In this document: in pieces, positions 37,603 to 49,277 of the stretch
Layout: the number at the start of each line of letters is the position of its first letter
How positions within the stretch are numbered: the first letter of the stretch is position 1
NCBI GenBank assembly: GCA_002269645.1
Contig: NIVC01001374.1
Coordinates: 1-64,000, forward strand
Reading direction: 5' to 3'
Source of the DNA: Macrostomum lignano
Lineage: Eukaryota
DNA length: 64,000 nt
The notes under the pieces: model-generated
What the model saw: only the letters and a program-made list of their open reading frames with translations
The model's database searches: none
What the model was told of the DNA's origin: nothing
Translations under genes and position numbers: made by a program

Positions 37603-38224
37603 CAGTGGAGTGGGTCATCGAGCGATTCACAGCCATGAGACCCAGACCCCAAGGCACAGGGAGTGTACATGTCTGACGATTAGAAAGTCACAAAATGGTT
37701 GCTGTACACCTGTGTGAGTGCGTGCCTGCCTACAGCATCCAAGCGATTTTATTCTCGAAGTAGATAAACTAGTAAAAGTACAGGTAATAAATTAGCCACA
37801 TGTATAGTACTTATGAAACTAATAATTGACCATTTTGTGTGCCTCTCCAAACCAAACTTTGCCTTCTTTAATTAAATCGCTGAAAGTATCAAGATTTGTT
37901 TCAAACCAAAGAGCTTCATTCCGTTTCAAAGGAAAACGGGAAATGCAGAATCGCCCATAATGCAGAAACTTCAGTAGTTTCAAGTAGTATCATAAGAATT
38001 TGACGTCCCCAATTTAAATATAACGATCTTCAAATTGGTAGCTAAAATTTATATCGACTCCATTTGTTAGATGTTTCATTGGTTTAAAGGAACTTGATAT
38101 TCATTTGACATCTTGGTATTCATTTGACGTATTGCTGGTTCTAGTTTTTTCTTGACAATCTATTTTTATTAACGACCGTTAGAAGCGTCAAAAAAGCTTC
38201 AGTTGAATTGGGTGCTAAAAAGAC

Positions 38225-38778
38225 GCAAGATGTGGTGTCAGATAGGGCCAGATGGACGCAAGATGTGGTGTCAGATAGGGCCAGATGGACGCAAGATGTG
38301 GTGTCAGATAGGGCCAGATGGACGCAAGATGTGGTGTCAGATAGGGCCAGATGGACGCAAGATGTGGTGTCAGATAGGGCCAGATGGACGCAAGATGTGG
38401 TGTCAGATAGGGCCAGATGGACGCAAGATGTGGTGTCAGATAGGGCCAGATGGACGCAAGATGTGGTGTCAGATAGGGCCAGATGGACGCAAGATGTGGT
38501 GTCAGATAGGGCCAGATGGACGCAAGATGTGGTGTCAGATAGGGCCAGATGGACGCAAGATGTGTTGTCAGATAGGGCCAGATGGACGCAAGATGTGGTG
38601 TCAGATAGGGCCAGATGGACGCAAGATGTGGTGTCAGATAGGGCCAGATGGACGCAAGATGTGGTGTCAGATAGGGCCAGATGGACGCAAGATGTGGTGT
38701 CAGATAGGGCCAGATGGACGCAAGATGTGGTGTCAGATAGGGCCAGATGGACGCAAGATGTGGTGTCAGATAGGGCCA
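38225..38778. repeat. 33-bp near-perfect array (AGATGTGGTGTCAGATAGGGCCAGATGGACGCA)
   Basis: About 17 units, one substitution, no spacers. Confidence 0.97.
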
Positions 38779-39497
38779 GCACAACGCCGAAGCTACGTGC
38801 ATTGGTAGTTTGAAAAAGTCGCCCGAATCCAACTACGAGTAGAAGGCAGCCAGTATCTCACAAGACAGTTCCAGTTTGCAATCTGCAATTAAAACTACCC
38901 AGTTCTTTACCATATGATATGCAGCAGTAGATTTATTTTAAGATTGATGGCAACTATATAACTGTCTCTCTATGCAGTATAGAAGCGCGATGTTTTAAAG
39001 CCTTAGTAGAGCCACATCCAATAGAGCCTATTTACATACACACTGCCCGCTTGAACATACTGTATGGGGAACATTGTGGCTATTACGCAGCAGAATTCCA
39101 CGTTCAGAGATTTAAAGCGCGCCCGGGAAAAAAGAGTGGATATAGAAATAGCCTAATATGAGCTAGAGTGGGAGTGGGAGAGAGCGGCTAGTGCGAGTCA
39201 GATGAGCACGGGGGGTGGCTTTGGAAGAGCTTGAGCCTGACTGATTGATCAGATTAAGCATCATCGAGGCCTTGTCTTGGTGTAAGTAGTTGCCGTATTC
39301 GAGACAAGGAGACATTGGGCTTAGAACCTGGACGAGTTGCAACGATCTTCCCGAAAAACGACTCAATGTTCTAGGAATATTTCTAGGAAATCAAGGCGAC
39401 ATCAAATTATTGTGAAATCGATCGCTGTAACTCACTGATTAAACAAAAATATTGGCTAAACAAATAGAAGGAGCTATTAAACGTATATCGTTTATAA

Positions 39498-39826
39498 TAG
39501 GAGTCGGCAAAATCCGGCCCGCAATGCCTCTCTATCCGGCCCTCGGGTCCTTTAAATTTTCACAATAGCAATCCGGCCCGTTTAAGGTTTGCGCCTCTTG
39601 TCTTCTCAGCTCCCTTCTCTCTAATCTCCTCTGTTCTCTGTTCTCCTCTCTCCTCTCCTCTCCTCTCCTCTCTCCTCTCTCCTCTCCTCTCCTCTTCTCT
39701 CTTCTTTATTCTCTCGACTCTCCTTTCTCCTATCTCTTTTCCCTCTCCTCTGTCCCCTCCTCTGACCTGCAGTCATGCTCTTGGTTCTCTGTCTGGCCCT
39801 TGAGGTAAAAAGTATGCCAACCCTTG
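39498..39826. mobile_element. Charlie/MER58-like hAT MITE with internal CT microsatellite
   Basis: 8-bp TSD GTTTATAA (39490-39497 and 39827-39834); ends TAGGAGTCGGCA...TGCCAACCCTTG; internal ATCCGGCCC motifs. Confidence 0.8.
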
Positions 39827-40269
39827 GTTTATAAATAGCCATGGCAATTGGCGCATATATTTCGCGTTAACTGCAACTGATACGATCATGACACGAAGGT
39901 GAAAGCTTAGGGAAGTCTAGTCTAGAATTGCTACTCCAGACTAACTAAAGTGTGTTTTAGGCCTCCTTGGATATCTTTGACTATCGCAGAAATTGTCGAG
40001 TTTGCGCTAACACACTAGAGATTTAATATAGATTAGTAAAGGGTAAATCTTGTGCGGACAAGCAGTCCAGGGTTTTGTAAGTAAGAGGGCGCATCCTCTA
40101 GGAATTTCGGGAATTAACAGTGAAGGCCTATACCTAATACATCTAGGAATACTGATGCAGTAAAAGGACTTAGCTACAGGTTTTAAAATCTATTATCATG
40201 CGAAATTTCTATGCATGGGAAGTCTTGGACTAATATAATGGGGGTTAACTGGAAGAGAGAACTCCAGGC

Positions 40270-40564
40270 AACGGCCAAAAACCTGGCTGACATCATGTCG
40301 ATAACCGGTCAGGTTTCTGAGAGGACAACTCTCCGTTACCTGTCCAAGCGCCGTGATCGCTCGCTGCAGTCTACCAGTGAGGCTGTTTCTATGGCACTTG
40401 ATTTGAATGGTTCTTCACAAGCTGTTGCGACTCCATTGCGTGAGAGTTCACCGGTGCCAGTACCTGTGTCGTCTTCCGTGCAGATCACCGGCATCAGTCA
40501 TGACAATCCGTCGGTCAGGTACAGTTTCCACAACTGTTCATTCAATGGTTGCAAATTTGAGTAA
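40270..40564 (+). pseudogene. Crypton/DUF3504-like tyrosine-recombinase C-terminal fragment
   Basis: LADIMSITGQVSERTTLRY resembles YR box II (I..TGH.S...L..Y); ends YSFHNCSF; N-terminal part absent. Confidence 0.45.
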
Positions 40565-41567
40565 TGGACTCAACCGTCGTATTTTCTGGACTTTCTCCTG
40601 CTGTCGTGATGAGAACATGACCATAGGTTAGACTTGCACTCAATTGACTAAGCAGTGTTATTGTTGGAACATTTTTTGTTGGACTTCAATAAATATAAGA
40701 ATTTCACGCTTCGTGTTACTTTTTTCGCCTATGGTATTGTTGTCCAGTCTTGTTTTTTTACCTCCAGAAAATGGCCGGTCATTGTCCGGAGGTCATTGCC
40801 ATGAACAAATATTTCGGGCAATGCTATATCAGATGTAAGGTTGTATATATTTATTTATTAAGCCTGAGAGGCGCAAATTAATTAATTGCCTACTTCAAGA
40901 CAGTATTACCTTGATGACGTAACAACAGGTGTGCGCAAAAGGAAGCTTAAACTGGCGCCTAAACGAGAGCATTTAAACAAACAAAACACTGTACCACACT
41001 GCACCATGAAAAGTAACATACTTAACAATATATCGTGCAAAATATGGCCGGCTTAGGTAATTTAATTAAAGCAAGACCTACCGTAAGTCTTGTGTATACA
41101 CCTACCGTATACATTCATAGCAGAAATCGGTCGTACAGATGTGAATGAAAGTGAACACAATGCCCATACAGTAAATGAATGAAACAATGAGCATCATTTA
41201 CTGTTTTTATTCATTTATCAGTCTTAGCTGACTGTGTTACCAAAATGTGTGGCAGAAAAATAATGAAATAAATTCATCAAATCAATAAGTCAAATTCGCA
41301 TTTTTAAGACACTGGATATGTATACGTAATGTCATAAAATTAACAAAGAATCCTAAACTTTTAAATGAAAAGCTCTACGAATATCAGCAGAGCTATACGA
41401 GGCTCATCAAAATATGAACATTGGGTTTGTCTCCTTATCAAAAGCGATAACAATTTGTGGGCTGAAAAATGAAAGCCTCCATTTTCTGTAATGTATATTT
41501 TTCGGTAAAACCTGAGTCAGGTGCAACAAATGCGTATAGGAGCTTGGCAATCTACTGCACATGGTAT

Positions 41568-42428
41568 TCAATGTCGACGCCGCCAATTCGACAGCCACGG
41601 ATGCCTCAAAGCCTGAGCGCTGGTCGGCCGGTCCTCCGGTTGGGTCTTCGTCAGCTGGGCTAGGAAGTCCGCGGCCAGACGAGACGCTGGCGTCCAGTTG
41701 TTTCGATGCTGCCCGACGCTCGTCAGCACCTCCCGGATGACCAGGCCAGCCGACCAGATGTCCGCAGCGGGCGTGGCAACCTCGGGCAGCTCCGGGGCCG
41801 CGTAGCCTGCAGTCCTGGCGGTGGCCACCCTGCCGGCAATCACTGAACCGAAGTCTACCAGGGTAAGCGACGCGATGTCGTCCGGATCGTCCAGGACGAT
41901 GTTCTCCGGCTTGACGTCGGCGTGGACAAACCCGGCCGAGTGCAGCCGACGAAGTTGGCGAAGAAGTGCCGAGGCGAAGCGCGACGCGGTGGCCTCTTCG
42001 ACAGCGGCGCCGAGACTGCGCTGACGTCGCAGACGGTTCAACGCCTGACGCAGCGAACCGCCGGCGCGATGCGGCGTCAGCAACGCGGCGCAGCTGTCGT
42101 TCAACAGCATGGCGTCACGATGGAGACCGAGCCGAATATTGACCGTCAGCTCAGCTAGTAGGCGACGTCGATCCGCTGGCGATTCAATGCGGACGAACTT
42201 CGCGGCTAATGACTTCGGCGATCCGGTGTGCGCCCGCTGGGGCATTGTGTCAACAGCGGAAACAACGAAGCCCGAAGACCCGGCGCCGAGTTGGTCGCCC
42301 AAACGGAATCTGGCGTAGAACTCAGCCTCGCTGACCGGCTGCAGGTGGCTGGTACGTTTGAGAAGCTGCCGAGTGCTCAAAAGGGCTTGGCAGCTGTCTG
42401 AATGAGCCGTACTTGCATTAATAACAAG
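41568..42428 (-). CDS. Compact CAMK-like Ser/Thr protein kinase (5' end uncertain)
   Basis: GAGSSG loop, AAK, alphaC Glu, HADVKPEN, DFG, APE, DIWS and RPTSAQALRHPWL. Possible acceptor TTTCAG at 42429-42431. Confidence 0.85.
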   Translation of the reverse strand, partial: LVINASTAHSDSCQALLSTRQLLKRTSHLQPVSEAEFYARFRLGDQLGAGSSGFVVSAVDTMPQRAHTGSPKSLAAKFVRIESPADRRRLLAELTVNIRLGLHRDAMLLNDSCAALLTPHRAGGSLRQALNRLRRQRSLGAAVEEATASRFASALLRQLRRLHSAGFVHADVKPENIVLDDPDDIASLTLVDFGSVIAGRVATARTAGYAAPELPEVATPAADIWSAGLVIREVLTSVGQHRNNWTPASRLAADFLAQLTKTQPEDRPTSAQALRHPWLSNWRRRH

Positions 42429-43748
42429 CTGAAAAGTGAGCCAGAAGACTGGTGAAAACTGAATCAAGTATAAAATTGACATCTTCTAAGGAGTTCAGAT
42501 GAGAGCTTTCAGAGCATCATTAATATAAAACTGTATGGGAATCTTATAGCTTGTCTCTTCTGTGCATCTTTTGCATTTTGTACACACTCGAAACCTTTCT
42601 GTCTCTTGCCATCTCATTTTCACCCAACACCAAAAGGCTGCACGTTGATATCTTGAAGACTGTAGAACAATGCAAGCCTTAGCGTGTAAATGGCTATGGT
42701 TGGGGGGACGGGCATGCATGAGCAGTGTGCACATTTTAGGCGTACACATCAACTCAAGCTGAGTTCTGATAGCGTGCTCGGAGTTTTTCGCGTGCAGGCG
42801 CTTTAATATACGAGTCGTAATTATGCTTGGAAGTGAAATCCAGTTAATATGCCTTCTGGAGGGGTGAGGCCGTTTCTTCTCAACTCTTGAAATTACGGAT
42901 GCAAAGAGAGAGCAGCATCGCTAATTATATATCTTAAGACAGGCAATGCAGACTTGGAATATTGCATGCTATTGGGTATTTTTAGATGCCGTGTGCCGAA
43001 GCAAATTGCTCCTCATGGCCATTGTTTTCTTTCTTCAGAAAGAGGAAAGCTTCTAATTTTCGCAGAGTCAGGTCTAGAAACTTATACTTTTCTTCATCTC
43101 GAAATTTTCAAAAACTGTCCTAAATCATTGCTTTAAAATTCACTAGAAAGCCTAGCAAAAGATTTTAAGCTAATTTAATTTCAAGGATCTATCAGTGAAG
43201 TTTTCTTGCTTTCTTAATTGTCGCGTTAGAATCAAAATTTTTGTGCTAGCACAGAAAAGTTTGTACATGTACTATACAAGTATAGTCATTTGTAGTTTTC
43301 TAATTCATTCTAGTGCAATAATACGTAGAAAGTATATGATCGTATGCTGTGCTTCCCTGTCTTATAACAATCTTGTTTGAAGCCGAAAATACGCTTCTGT
43401 TTTTTATTAGATTTCCCGATTGGTTAAAGAGCGAATGGTCGCATCCGCGAGCCATCCGCCTTAATATCCTTCCTCTCGCGCCAATAGGGCTTCATCGATT
43501 GCCTGGCCTGAGCCAAAAGCGCTGGGAGTTTTCACTGCCGCTCATCATTTGTAGACGGAAGCAGATTTGGTTTCTTTAGCTCCTCCTCTCTTCCCCCATA
43601 CTAACCGCCCCCCGCGCCGCCTGCTTTTAAAGCATTAACATTCCCGTTTGCATAGTCTGTAGTTGCCGGGATCCTGTCAAGCAATATCCGGCCCTGTTGT
43701 TCAAGAAGTTATTATCAATCAGCCGCATCGCATGGCAGGGAGACGGCA

Positions 43749-44240
43749 ATGACTCAGTGCAGGTCAGTAGCCCCGCTGGAGCTCGACGCCGAGTCCGTGG
43801 CATTCCTAGCCGACGCCAGCAGTCTGACCGGAGACCAGGTGCGCCAGCTGTACGCTGACTTCAAGGCCACTCAGCCGTCCGGAAGCCGATCTGACTTTCT
43901 CAACCTGCTAGCCAAGACGCACAGCTCGGCTGAACTGTTGCGCAAGAAGGCGCATCAATTCTTTGAATTATTTGACGCCAATAAAGATCACAGCATCTCA
44001 AAAGACGAGGTGTTGACTATAATGAACACCGTCTTTCAGACTGCTCGCGATCGCGGCGTACAGCTGAGAAAGACGCCACTGCAGGTGTGCGAAGACTTCT
44101 TCAAACAGCTGGACACGGATAGGAACTGCCTGATCTCGCACCAGGAATTCGTTGAGGGCGTCCTCACGGATCCCGATCTGCTGAGAATTCTGCAGACGCC
44201 TGAAGTTATGGAAACCTTAGGGCGGTGGGCGGACAGCTAG
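43749..44240 (+). CDS. Neuronal calcium sensor family protein missing one EF-hand
   Basis: LYADFKATQPSG, FFELFDANKDH, SISKDEVLTIM and FKQLDTDRNCLISHQEFVEGVLTDPDLLRILQ align to NCS/hippocalcin. Intronless. Confidence 0.85.
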   Translation: MTQCRSVAPLELDAESVAFLADASSLTGDQVRQLYADFKATQPSGSRSDFLNLLAKTHSSAELLRKKAHQFFELFDANKDHSISKDEVLTIMNTVFQTARDRGVQLRKTPLQVCEDFFKQLDTDRNCLISHQEFVEGVLTDPDLLRILQTPEVMETLGRWADS

Positions 44241-46670
44241 CTGACCTGATGCGGCGCTTTGACAACAGACTGACATTCCGGCAGGAGCAAATATATGGGT
44301 CATAATAGTTTTATGCTTGTTCATGCCTAGAGTCCTATGATAGCAATGGTAGATTGGGTGCCTTTACAAAGTTACTAGAGAACTCTGGGATTCTACACAA
44401 GAAAGGATGTAAACTCAAGCACCGGAATGGATTTCGAAGTGAAGCTCCAAACCAAGCCAACTGACTTATAGGAAGCCAAACAACTCTCAGGTGATGGGTT
44501 CCACTGGTCTCATCATTAATCTCTATTTTAGACTTTTCGGACCTGAGCTTCCGGTTCAGATTCGGTGCTTAAGTTGACAACATATGGAGGCAGATCGAAG
44601 TTTTCAAATCTACTTTAAAGTGTCGTTAGCACTATTGCTGTCAGTTTTAACGGTGTTATACTCGATGCGCAGTGCTGTACATGCAAGGACACCTCGCGCA
44701 TGCTGCGTACTGTGGATCAGCGATCGTGTAATTTGCAATAAATCATCATATTTATTTTCAATTCCAAAATCGCTGCGTAATTAATAACTTCTGTTAAAAA
44801 ATAAACGCCCATGCTTTCGCTACAAAGCTTCATAACTAAAAGTGCACCACGTTCCGTTACATGCCTCGATGCCCATGCAGGTAAATTCAGTAGTGTTGTT
44901 TTACCCAATTTTTGATGTTGGTTTATTAATTATTATGCTACCAGAAACGGTTAGTCTAATAAGCGTTAAAAGCTTATTGAATGTTTAGGAGTATATAAGC
45001 TACATTAAGCGTTCCTATAATTCACTTAAGCAAAGTTGTGAGCCTGTCGCAATTGATTTGTGCCCGCGGATTGCGGAACAGCTGGCTTGCCGCACCATCA
45101 GGGAAACTGTGCGAGAAAAGGACTTTAAGTGCCATGGAGGCACACGTGTTAGGACACATCACTGTCCCGTCTGCTGCATGTCCGTCGATCCTCGCTGCCC
45201 CCCCCCTCCTCGCAGAATCGATTCTTGCAAACTAGCACGACTAGCATTTAGCGGTTCTCTCGTTTTGGTCGATGAAGACGCAGCTAGCAGCTACATGTAT
45301 ATGGAGTGATGGACAGTTGTTGTTGGTGAAATAGAAGGTGTACTACGTAGCTCGTATGTGTTTTTGCCTGGCAATAAGCTCTGTAGCTCTAGTATTTTTT
45401 CGGGACCTGCACATCCTTAAAATCTACTTTTACACGTACAGGTAAAAACATAAATATATATAAAGACAATAAACATGTAAAACATACCACAGAACAATGA
45501 ACCTAAGACCTTACATGTAAATTTACGAGTATAGTGTATTTATTTGCAAATTTTATCGGCATGGATCGAGAGACTGACTGTAAACATCACGACATCGTCC
45601 TATAATTATATTATGCTTCTCTGGCTTGGATCAGCTGCCGAGTATATAATTTCTGCTCGCGAATCGCTGTAGGCTTTTAATTTGTGTAGCTCATTTGTTT
45701 TCCGAGCGCTGCTACATGAGTCTAATTCCCTGTCCTACAAGTAGAGCTTAACATTTCAATTTCCTGTGCGCTCGAAATAGACGCAGAATGCAAATGCGTG
45801 TTTTTTTACTCACAAAGTATCAATAGATCAGCTGACTGAACTTACATGTAAATAAGAGCTCCCCATTAGTTATTACACATGCATGGCAGTCCAAAATCCA
45901 CATCGTGACGAGGGATAAAATTTGTTTCCAAGCGATCAAATTGCAGAACTAAAAATATCCATATTGGCTATTACAGGGGTCCATGGGCGTACATTTCTGT
46001 GCATGTACAGAACCTGCAACCAATTTTGATGTAACTTAACTTTTAATTAACATGTAAGTTTGTGTTGCAATTAATTTTATTCCGGTAATGGGTAGATTAC
46101 ACAGTGTTACATACTCGTAAACATAAAAAACTCTGAACTACATTCTGTATATATCTATCCACGCTGATATCGAATCAATCGAATTGATAAATAACATATT
46201 CCATTAAATATATACTAAAAGCCGTAGAATACAAGCAGCTGAGATCGTCAGTCTGTCTTTCATAGATAAATAATCAGCCAGAGGGTCAATTAGATAGCTT
46301 TTGTTTTGTTTAAATGTGTCGGGTTTTAAAATCGCGAGCACTATAATTCAAAGTTCGACTTTCCTAGACACATTAGGTTTTTCACGTCTCGATTTGGCAC
46401 GGGATTTGTATGATTTGCATGGGCATGGCTTAGTTCAGTATGTTTGCTTGTCTCTCTGCTGTGCCAGTTATCACAAAGTGTTTCATTAATCTTGCAAAAG
46501 ACCTTGGCCTATAGCCAGGTCTATTCTACTCAATTAAAAATATACAACAGTTTTTATTTTTTCTTATCCATTGTCATTGTCAATTTGTCATTAATGTGTT
46601 TTAATTCGTAAGATATTTGCATAATATGCATAAGATATTTGAATTAAAGCTATTATACTATTGATTTATA

Positions 46671-47171
46671 GGGCTTCTTGAAGTTTATGTTGATAAAATA
46701 GTTGCAATTTTGATAGGATCATAATTCCGTCTCTAAAAAGGGGTTTTTGATGGTGCTGATTTCAAATTTGAGCTCCATTTTTTGGTAGCTTTAACCCAAT
46801 TATATGTAGCTTAAAGCCAACCACCAGGGCATGGGGAATAGGGTGGGGAGATTTTCCATGAGGATTGATTTTATCAACATAAACTTCAATAGAGGCATTG
46901 AGACCTATTGAAGGTTATGTTGATTTATTTCAATCCTAATAGGGGGGGGGGGGTTGTAGCTTAAAGCCAACCACTGGGGCATGGGGAATGGAGGGTTTCA
47001 GGGTGGGGAGATTGAGTAAATTGTGATTGCATCAACCATACAGGTAACTTTCTGCTGTTTTTTACATTTTTGAGATTTTGGGTGTCCTACAACTAGTACA
47101 AGTGTCCATTGCAAGTTTTAGAAAAATTGGAAAATTGAAAGTATTTTATCAACATAAACTTCAAGAAGCCC
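46671..47171. mobile_element. Non-autonomous DNA transposon, 30-bp perfect TIR, 8-bp TSD (Merlin-like)
   Basis: TIR GGGCTTCTTGAAGTTTATGTTGATAAAATA (46671-46700 and 47142-47171); TSD GATTTATA on both sides. Confidence 0.9.
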
Positions 47172-47639
47172 GATTTATAGTCTTTGCAATTGTGTTATAT
47201 CCTTATTGTTTAGGCCAAATCAGAATTAGGCATTACTTAATAAATTGGGCCTACTGCCAATCCTATGGTGCAATTGTTACCATTTGAAAAACTACAAATC
47301 AGCCCTTTAGCCTTATTGTTATGAAACGTGTGTTGTCTTAAATAAATACCTTTCATTCTATTTAATAAAAATATTTATTTGGGGCTTTGTAGGTTATAAA
47401 ATATAAATTCAACTTACTTTAAAATTGGCACAAGTTGAAGTTGGCAAAGTAAGATTGTCCAAAAAAAATTGGGTAAACCAATAACCTATCTCAGTAAAAA
47501 AGTGACCCACTTTGACAAAGGCAATAGCCATAGTTTGAAACACCCTGAATGTATGCCAAACTAAAATCTCCCACAATTTATTTGATGTGCTAATGTAATG
47601 TATGGCATATGCCAAATTTTTTCTATTCAGAAAAAATTG

Positions 47640-47718
47640 TAATCCCAGAAAAAAACAAGGCTTGTTACAAACTTTATTTCTAGTGTTGCAGCACACTGAA
47701 TGATCTTTTTTGCTTATT
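47640..47718. repeat. 79-bp perfect direct repeat, copy 1
   Basis: Identical to 49278-49356. Confidence 0.9.
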
Positions 47719-47840
47719 CATTTCACTTTTTTGCTTTTTTGCTAATACTCTTTATAGCAAGAAGTCAATATATCAAATTTATAACACTTTTTAATATCCA
47801 TTTTTATATGCCAGATAATATGCCAGATTTAAAAAAATTG

Positions 47841-48767
47841 GGCATTCCTTCGGTTTACGATCCCTGAAATTGGTGACGATCCCCATAAGAAAGATACGCA
47901 AGAGTAAGAAATTCGTGTTTTTTAATCATATTTTAAACCAGCACTGAAAATCACTCCAAGCCTTTTTATTTTTCTGTCGTCAAACGATCGAATGCCAACC
48001 AGAATGAAACGATGCAAAGAGATCTGTTCATTCGCATACATTTATCAAATTGAAAGAGTTGCTCGTTACAGAACTCGTTTCAGAACTGTTCCATGCAGAG
48101 GATCCTATGTATCCACTTCGGTTTACGATCATTTAAATGGCAGAAATACATGTAAATGATCGTGAACCTAAGGTAGGGGGTTTTAGTGTACCATTTCACG
48201 CCTCAGAACTGTTCCATGAAGACGATCCTATATATCCACTTCAGTTTACACATTTACGACCACTGTACGGCAGCTTCCAACTTGACTCCATACATCGTCT
48301 GCAGAGATCTATGGATGAAAACAAATGAATTAATAATACTATTACATCTCCACTATCCCCCCCTCAGCTTCGGTTTACGATCATATGAATATAGAATCTG
48401 TATGTAAATGATCGTAAACCAAAGGTAGTGTGTATCCCGATAGTGATCAATTTTGGTTTACTGCTCTACTACTTACACGGAAACCCCCTATCTTCAGTTC
48501 ACGATAATTTACATGTATTTCTGCCATTTAAATGATCGTAAACCAAAGTGGATATTTAGGTTTTACTCACTTTTGTGACACTGAGCATGCCATGCCATGG
48601 GAGAAACTAGGTCGGCTATTCCGTTCAGTTTTTCCAGTGAAACAAATAATCTTGGTTTCTCAATTTTTGCTTCTTTCGAGCAGGCCATGATCACTGAAAT
48701 AGAAAAATACATGGGGATCGTGAACCGAAATACGGGTGGAAAAATGATCGTAAACCGAAGGAATGCC
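47841..48767. mobile_element. Non-autonomous DNA transposon, 22-bp perfect TIR, 8-bp TSD (Merlin-like)
   Basis: TIR GGCATTCCTTCGGTTTACGATC (47841-47862 and 48746-48767); TSD AAAAATTG; internal TIR-like motifs; 38-bp internal inverted repeat (48120-48157 and 48507-48544). Confidence 0.9.
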
Positions 48768-49277
48768 AAAAATTGTATACCAAAAGTTGTGAGTATATGC
48801 CAGATTAATCTAGCATACCAAGGTCTGGATCGTGTAGTAGTGTACACTGGAACAAGAATCCTATCTTAGCTAAATGTATGCCAGTGTATGCCAAAAACAA
48901 AAATTTCCCTAAAATGTACACCATAAATTACTCCTAAAAAGGTCATTTGGTTTTCATGAGTAGAGTTTTCTAAGAAAGGCTTTTGTACAAAAAGTCTTTT
49001 TAAATATGAATATTTTTATTGGATCTGTGGGTGGGTAAAGCAAACCAAACTGGGGATCCTAAGATGGGCTCTGCACAAAATAAGCAAAATAAATTAAAAA
49101 GGAAAAATACTAGTAGTGGGGGTAGCTGCTGCACCATGCACTAGGAGCATAAATCAACCATTGGGTCAAGAGCTAGGCCAACCGGGGGCAGTGATGTCAA
49201 GCCCTCTGGTGCTAATGATGCATAAGTTACTTAGAAAAGTTTATACAAAAATTACACAAAGAAAGTAAAAGTTTCTA

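Noticed and set aside
38225-38778. Regular 33-bp repeats, and other 24-36-bp arrays, resembling CRISPR
   Set aside because: Units are head-to-tail with no unique spacers, there are no cas genes, and the context is eukaryotic.
47540-47560. TTTGAAACACCCTG resembling a Tc1/mariner terminus
   Set aside because: No partner TIR or TA TSD was located.
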